NCBI GenBank assembly: GCA_947459425.1
Contig: CANHDJ010000006.1
Span: 19,008 to 83,007 of the forward strand
DNA: 64,000 nt
Direction of reading: 5' to 3'
DNA from: Ignavibacteria bacterium
GTDB lineage: Bacteria; Bacteroidota; Ignavibacteria; Kapaibacteriales; UBA4661
The translations under genes and the position numbers were made by a program. Below are positions 59,225 to 64,000 of the stretch, piece after piece (the stretch's first letter is position 1; each line of letters begins with the position of its first letter). Below the pieces are notes generated by a model. The model was given only the letters and a program-made list of their open reading frames with translations. It was not told where the DNA came from and searched no databases.

Positions 59225-59584
59225 TTATTTCGGGAAATTCCACAAGAAATAGCCTAATGCTCCGGCTCCCGCAAGAATAGCCGCAATCTGAACGTTATAC
59301 ACCCGATTCAGTGTCTGCAATGCCTCAACCAAATGCTCAATATCTCGTGTTTGCGTCGTGGTAATCTTCCGAAAAGCCTGAGCAGCATAAATCGCAAGCG
59401 CACCAAACGCTATTGCCAACCCAGCAACAACCATCGAAAAGAGATTGCCTGTGCGGAAAAATATAATGAACAAGACTCCCAAGCCAACAAGAAAGCAAAT
59501 AACGCCGATAATAGCCAAACGAGTCGCTAAACCTGCAATAATCGCATTTTGCGTTGTATCGAACTCATACCGTTGCCGTACCAT
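59225..59584 (-). CDS. Small membrane protein (~3 TM)
   Basis: Three hydrophobic segments; upstream TAATCTTG motif. Confidence 0.65.
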   Translation of the reverse strand: MVRQRYEFDTTQNAIIAGLATRLAIIGVICFLVGLGVLFIIFFRTGNLFSMVVAGLAIAFGALAIYAAQAFRKITTTQTRDIEHLVEALQTLNRVYNVQIAAILAGAGALGYFLWNFPK

Positions 59585-59834
59585 AGAACTATCTCACTTT
59601 CGCGGTAATTTATCACATAAAAAAAATAGAATTACGAGATTCAAGATTACAAAAACCTGTCATTATACGCAAGTCTTTTTGCAAGAATATTTTCACTCAA
59701 GTAACTTACGCAAGCCAAGCGCCATTATCAAGAACTTTCGGAAAAATTCGCCTCGTGCGAATTAGTCAAGGTTTCGTATTTTTGTTATTCACCGAAGCAA
59801 CAATTTTCCCTTTTCAAACAAGATTTGAAGCAGT

Positions 59835-60659
59835 ATGCAGACGATTTTCCCCTACCGAATTTTACTCTACTACAAATACATTCCCATACCTGATTACGAA
59901 AGCTTTGCAGCAGAACACCTTGAATTTTGTGAGCGTCTGGGACTGCTTGGTCGGATCATCGTTGCGGAGGAAGGCATCAACGGGACGGTCTGCGGAACGC
60001 CTGAACAGACCAACGAATATATCCGCGAAATGCGCACCGATTCTCGCTTTGAAGATCTTTGGTTCAAAATTGACGAAGCCCCCGAACAGGCTTTCAAAAA
60101 AATGCACGTCCGTGCAAAAAGCGAGATTGTTACGTGGCGCTTTGACCGCGATATTGACCCCAACGAAATTACGGGACAGCATCTCACGCCGGAGCAGTTC
60201 CAAAGCGCTATGCAGGACGATAACGTGATTATTTTGGACGGGCGCAACGGCTACGAATACGATTTGGGGCATTTCGAGGGCGCAATTCGCCCCGAAGTAG
60301 CTTCATCACGAGAGTTTCCCGAATGGATACGGGAAAATTTAGCGCAACACAAAGACAAAAAAATCCTTACCTACTGCACGGGTGGTATTCGGTGCGAGAA
60401 ACTGAGCGGATTTCTACTCAAAGAAGGCTTTCAGAATGTGGCACAGCTAAACGGTGGCATCGTTAGTTATGCAAAAGACCCCATTGTGCGAGGGAAAGGT
60501 TTTGAAGGGCGCTGCTACGTCTTTGACGAGCGAATATCGGTTCCGGTGGATCAGGACGAAGAATTTCGCGTGGAATACTGCCCCACGTGTGGCAAGCCTG
60601 CGGATAATCGTGTGCATTGCTCGTGGCAGCCGGAGTGCGGGTTTGCGGTAAAACAATAA
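59835..60659 (+). CDS. trhO: Rhodanese-domain tRNA U34 hydroxylase (UPF0176/YceA family)
   Basis: LLYYKY, GRIIVAEEGINGT, LDGRNGYEYDLGHF, YCTGGIRCEK, CYVFDER. Confidence 0.9.
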   Translation: MQTIFPYRILLYYKYIPIPDYESFAAEHLEFCERLGLLGRIIVAEEGINGTVCGTPEQTNEYIREMRTDSRFEDLWFKIDEAPEQAFKKMHVRAKSEIVTWRFDRDIDPNEITGQHLTPEQFQSAMQDDNVIILDGRNGYEYDLGHFEGAIRPEVASSREFPEWIRENLAQHKDKKILTYCTGGIRCEKLSGFLLKEGFQNVAQLNGGIVSYAKDPIVRGKGFEGRCYVFDERISVPVDQDEEFRVEYCPTCGKPADNRVHCSWQPECGFAVKQ

Positions 60660-60677
60660 TTTTATGCCCGAAGCGGG

Positions 60678-61199
60678 CTAAACAAAACCAATGGGATTCT
60701 TGGGTTTGGTTTCTTCACGCATGAGTTGTTTGATTGCTTCAAACACGCCCCGAAACTGCCCGTCGTAGCGTTGTTCCAGTACATCCAGGCGTAACGAAAG
60801 TTCGTGATGCGAAGCCAAAATACGACGCAGTTGCACGAACGTTCGCATAATGGCGATATTGACTTCGATGGCGCTATCGCTATTCAGGACACTGGAAAGC
60901 ATTGCTACGCCTAGCTCAGTGAAGGCAAAAGGCATATACCGTGCGCCGCCGCGCTGTTCGTCGGTATCGGGTTTTGAGGTACCAATTTGGTACCTCAAAA
61001 CTTCAAACTCCTCTTTGGTCAGTTCAAACATAAAATCAGGCGGAAAACGCTTGATATTACGTCGTACAGATCGTTTCAAGGCTTTTGTTTCTATACCATA
61101 AAGCGTTGCCAAATCAGAGTCCAGCATTACTTTTTCGCCACGTATACAATGGATGCGCTCGGCGATAATGCCAGGCTTGAATAGAGTGTTTGCAGGCAT
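60678..61199 (-). CDS. ORF6N (KilA-N-like) DNA-binding domain protein
   Basis: IRGEKVMLDSDLATLYG, VRRNIKRFPPDFMFEL, PFAFTELGVAMLSSVLNS, C-terminal IGF. Confidence 0.92.
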   Translation of the reverse strand: MPANTLFKPGIIAERIHCIRGEKVMLDSDLATLYGIETKALKRSVRRNIKRFPPDFMFELTKEEFEVLRYQIGTSKPDTDEQRGGARYMPFAFTELGVAMLSSVLNSDSAIEVNIAIMRTFVQLRRILASHHELSLRLDVLEQRYDGQFRGVFEAIKQLMREETKPKNPIGFV

Positions 61200-61258
61200 T
61201 TGGAATGCTTGGTAGTGATTTGAATGAGTTTTTTATGACCGTTGATAGTCCATTTTTT

Positions 61259-61430
61259 GATTCTAAATGATTTTAGTTGGAAAAATTTGTCATGCTGGGG
61301 CGCAGGTCGGCATCCATTGGAGTCGCATAAAATCGTGCTTTTCGATATGGATACCGACCTGCGTCGGTATGGCGGAGTGATGTTTTACCAGCCAATTGGA
61401 TGTGTTTTCCAACTGAAAGCATTTAGAAAC
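61259..61430. mobile_element. MITE (172 bp) with ~26-bp imperfect TIRs and 8-bp target-site duplication
   Basis: CATTTTTT at 61251-61258 and 61431-61438 flank GATTCTAAATGATTTTAGTTGGAAAA and TTTTCCAACTGAAAGCATTTAGAAAC. Confidence 0.78.
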
Positions 61431-61482
61431 CATTTTTTAACTTCAAAGAGCGGCAAAATACCAAAAACTTTGGAAACAGCAT

Positions 61483-63054
61483 CTATCGCACAACCGTAAG
61501 CATTTGTACAGCGTTGAATCGTAATTGCTCAACGCATACGACATACCGACCACTTGCCCACTGCGAAACATCAAGGATAATCTCTTGTTCCACTTGTGCC
61601 AAGCTCAGAGACCGCTTCACAACAACATTACCCAGCATATCGGTAACAACAAGCCGCATTTGTTTTGTTCTTTGAGGTGATGCCATTTCTCGAATTTTTA
61701 GAACACAAGAGACAAGTATTGATGCGGGATTGGGGAACGGTGGACTAAGCACCAGTGGCACATTGTCCGGGAAATTGTCGTTTGCCAGCGTCGCTGTACC
61801 TTTGATAAGCGGTAACTCTTTAACCAAGTGCGGCAATGCCACAGGTGATATTTCATGCGATTTTGCGCCGAGCCATTGTGCCAAAAGTGAGGCGTAAATT
61901 TGCCGAAAATCATACTGCCAACGCAGGTTGCCACTGCTATCGGGGTTGGAGCAATCCGGCTCATTCCCCAAAATTCCCGCGTTGACCATTTCTCCTACCA
62001 ACATCAGGCTTGATGCGCCTCCATGGTCTGTGCCGCTTTTGGTTGTTTCCAATCGCCTTCCAAATTCGCTAATCGTCAAGACCACGACGCGCTTCGCAAC
62101 ACCAAACGCTTCAATATCCCGTTGAAACGAATAGATGGCTTGCGACAAATCCCGCAGCATATCGGCTTGGTCGGCAAGCTGATTATGATGAAAATCCCAA
62201 AGCGCCGTATTGAGCAGGTATAGACGGGTTTTCAAACCTCCCGCTATCAGCCGCGCTACTTTCGCAAATTGACTCGACCAATCATGCCCTGAGTACGGCA
62301 CTTTGTTGCGCGGAACGGCATTCCAAACCCGCCCTACTTCCGTTAAAAATACATTGGATTGACGGAGCATTTGATTGATAAAATCTACTTCCAACGAGGC
62401 TTTGCGGTATGGCGTAGTCGAATCCGACGGCTTCCCCGGAATAAACGTGGCATCGTTCAGATTCATCCCCAAGGTCGTGTTTTTGCGCCCTGCAAGCGTT
62501 CTTGAAAGGCTACGTCCCATTTCCAGCGCGAATGGAGCCTCTGGTAAGACATTTGGGTAATCGGGAAAACGCTCCTCCAAAAACCTCCCCAGCCAGCCGG
62601 ACTGCTCATAAACACTTGCGTCGCTGGCGGTGAGCCAAATTTCATTGGAACGAAAATGCGATAAATCTTGGTCGGGATAGCCAACATTTTGAATCAACAG
62701 CACTTTGTTCTCTTCGTACAGTTCTTGAATCGGCTTCATGGCAGGATGCAGTCCTGTTGTTGTTGAATTGCTGAGTTTGAGCGCTGCTTCCGGCTTGATG
62801 CTAATGTCGTATTTGTTGTCACGACGGGCTTTGTAGTAATTTTCATCGGTGTACGGCACGACGGTATTCAAACCGTCATTACCGCCGAAAAGTCGCACTA
62901 TCACAAGCACGGTGTTGTCTTTTTCGGTCGTATCGCCATTCAAGAGCGAATCGGGGCAAAGCGCGTGTGCGAAGGCTTGCATATTGCCCAATGTCGGCAG
63001 CGCAAGCCCTGATGCGGCAAGCATCGTTAAAAAGTCTCTTCTGGAATTTTTCAT
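61483..63054 (-). CDS. DUF1501 protein with Tat signal and C-terminal T9SS-like sorting domain
   Basis: MKNSRRDFL; LFGGNDGLNTVVP, GLHP, SHFRS, WDFH, SEFGRR, GTDHG, DFRQIY; C-terminal PFPNP...WASGRYVV...LTVVR. Confidence 0.92.
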   Translation of the reverse strand: MKNSRRDFLTMLAASGLALPTLGNMQAFAHALCPDSLLNGDTTEKDNTVLVIVRLFGGNDGLNTVVPYTDENYYKARRDNKYDISIKPEAALKLSNSTTTGLHPAMKPIQELYEENKVLLIQNVGYPDQDLSHFRSNEIWLTASDASVYEQSGWLGRFLEERFPDYPNVLPEAPFALEMGRSLSRTLAGRKNTTLGMNLNDATFIPGKPSDSTTPYRKASLEVDFINQMLRQSNVFLTEVGRVWNAVPRNKVPYSGHDWSSQFAKVARLIAGGLKTRLYLLNTALWDFHHNQLADQADMLRDLSQAIYSFQRDIEAFGVAKRVVVLTISEFGRRLETTKSGTDHGGASSLMLVGEMVNAGILGNEPDCSNPDSSGNLRWQYDFRQIYASLLAQWLGAKSHEISPVALPHLVKELPLIKGTATLANDNFPDNVPLVLSPPFPNPASILVSCVLKIREMASPQRTKQMRLVVTDMLGNVVVKRSLSLAQVEQEIILDVSQWASGRYVVCVEQLRFNAVQMLTVVR

Positions 63055-63073
63055 TGGTTTGGATGTTTGGCAA

Positions 63074-64000
63074 TTACAATAATTGAAATTTTGGCATAGA
63101 AACAATCTGCGCAAGACACCTGCGCAAGCGCTCTTCGGGTCTCAACTTTTCCGCATCAATATTCCATTCGTAATCGGCGGCTCCGTTCATCAAGACTTCC
63201 AGCAATATCGCCTGCTCATTCTCGTCGGCAGGAACACTCCATAATGCAGTTGTCAGGGCGCTGATAAGACGCTTGGGATTATTCACGTCAGCAAATTGCT
63301 TGGCAAAGGCAAGAATATTCACGGAATATCGCGGCTCCCACTCATTCCGAAAGCGCATCGTGCCGAGCATCATACGTGTTGCAAGTTTCAGTCGTGCTGC
63401 CAATGACGAGGATGTAAGCCAGTGGCGACCATCATTCCAGCCAGCAACACTCGGCGGAAAACACAAAAAATGTCCAAGTTCCTCCATGCGCAAAAGCATA
63501 TCATTTTTGTTGAAACGCCCGGCAAGCGTGTCGGATGCTTCAAAGTCGGAGATATTGCTTACCTCAAACGTCCGCAATAACCCAAGAAAAAAATCAGCGC
63601 CTGATTTTGGCAAACACCCGATATTTGCTTGCGCGAAGAACTCTTCACTCGTCAGTAAATCTCGAATAACAGGAGCAATTTCCCAATCGGAATTGATAAA
63701 TACTTTTGCCATATCACGGATAATAGCGAGACTTTCGGGCGTTTCTTGCTCATCGGCAACAACAAACCAACGGTACAGTTTTCGGCACATAAAGTAGGCT
63801 ATCTGCTCGCTGCGCTGCTCGAAAAGAATATCAACAATATCCATCGCCTTCCACGCCCCGGTTTTTCCGAATACGGTCTTATTGCCACTATCCCATCGCC
63901 AAGGATGAAAAACGCTTTGGATTCCCCAATACCCCTCTCTACTTCCCTGCTCCATTTTCCAACCAGTCAAAGCGCGGGCTATTTCGCGCACATCGGTTTG
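63074..64000 (-). CDS. DUF1800 family protein (5' end outside window)
   Basis: QTDVREIARALTGW, KTVFG, RKLYRWFV, PPSVAGW, PKFQL; adjacent to DUF1501. Confidence 0.9.
   Translation of the reverse strand, partial: QTDVREIARALTGWKMEQGSREGYWGIQSVFHPWRWDSGNKTVFGKTGAWKAMDIVDILFEQRSEQIAYFMCRKLYRWFVVADEQETPESLAIIRDMAKVFINSDWEIAPVIRDLLTSEEFFAQANIGCLPKSGADFFLGLLRTFEVSNISDFEASDTLAGRFNKNDMLLRMEELGHFLCFPPSVAGWNDGRHWLTSSSLAARLKLATRMMLGTMRFRNEWEPRYSVNILAFAKQFADVNNPKRLISALTTALWSVPADENEQAILLEVLMNGAADYEWNIDAEKLRPEERLRRCLAQIVSMPKFQLL

Noticed and set aside
56861..61199. Prophage or defence island (nuclease-like gene plus ORF6N)
   Set aside because: The genes are isolated among housekeeping genes, with no integrase, structural genes, methylase or partner genes.
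61259..61430. Retron msr-msd, 6S RNA or attC site
   Set aside because: No reverse transcriptase or integrase is nearby and there are no properly oriented RYYYAAC/GTTRRRY ends. The exact flanking 8-bp duplication favours a MITE, though 6S RNA is not formally excluded without an Rfam scan.

Overview
Bacterial chromosomal window, most likely from the Bacteroidota/Chlorobi/Ignavibacteria/Kapabacteria lineage. This is inferred from T9SS-type C-terminal domains, recurring TAnnTT(T)G promoter-like motifs and GGAG ribosome-binding sites. About 30 kb encodes three secreted surface proteins on the minus strand. The first is a >4,146-aa ORF (12439 to <1) that the ORF track omits because it runs off the window. 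The second is its 4,408-aa paralogue (47377-34151), and the third is a ~1,339-aa Ig-repeat protein. The two giants share a C-terminal platform (IPT/TIG, plant-type LRR, Ig, FN3-like, ASH-like, cohesin-like; the T9SS CTD is visible only in the second) but differ at the N-terminus. Other content: an ECF sigma factor with an anti-sigma-like protein ending in a predicted outer-membrane beta-barrel, two tandem double-OmpA proteins, housekeeping genes (msrB, tmk, rsmI, tadA, trhO, TrmH-family, MqnA-like), a membrane PP2C phosphatase divergent from a NIT-domain MCP, an ECF41 sigma factor with a matching TGTCACA promoter upstream of a non-canonical target, and a DUF1800-DUF1501 pair in which DUF1501 has both a Tat signal and a T9SS CTD. 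Non-coding elements: a 172-bp MITE with terminal inverted repeats and an 8-bp target duplication, a dispersed REP-like hairpin family with compensatory base changes, and a structured leader. I saw no rRNA, tRNA, CRISPR array, transposase or reverse transcriptase. All calls come from reading by eye; no searches were run.
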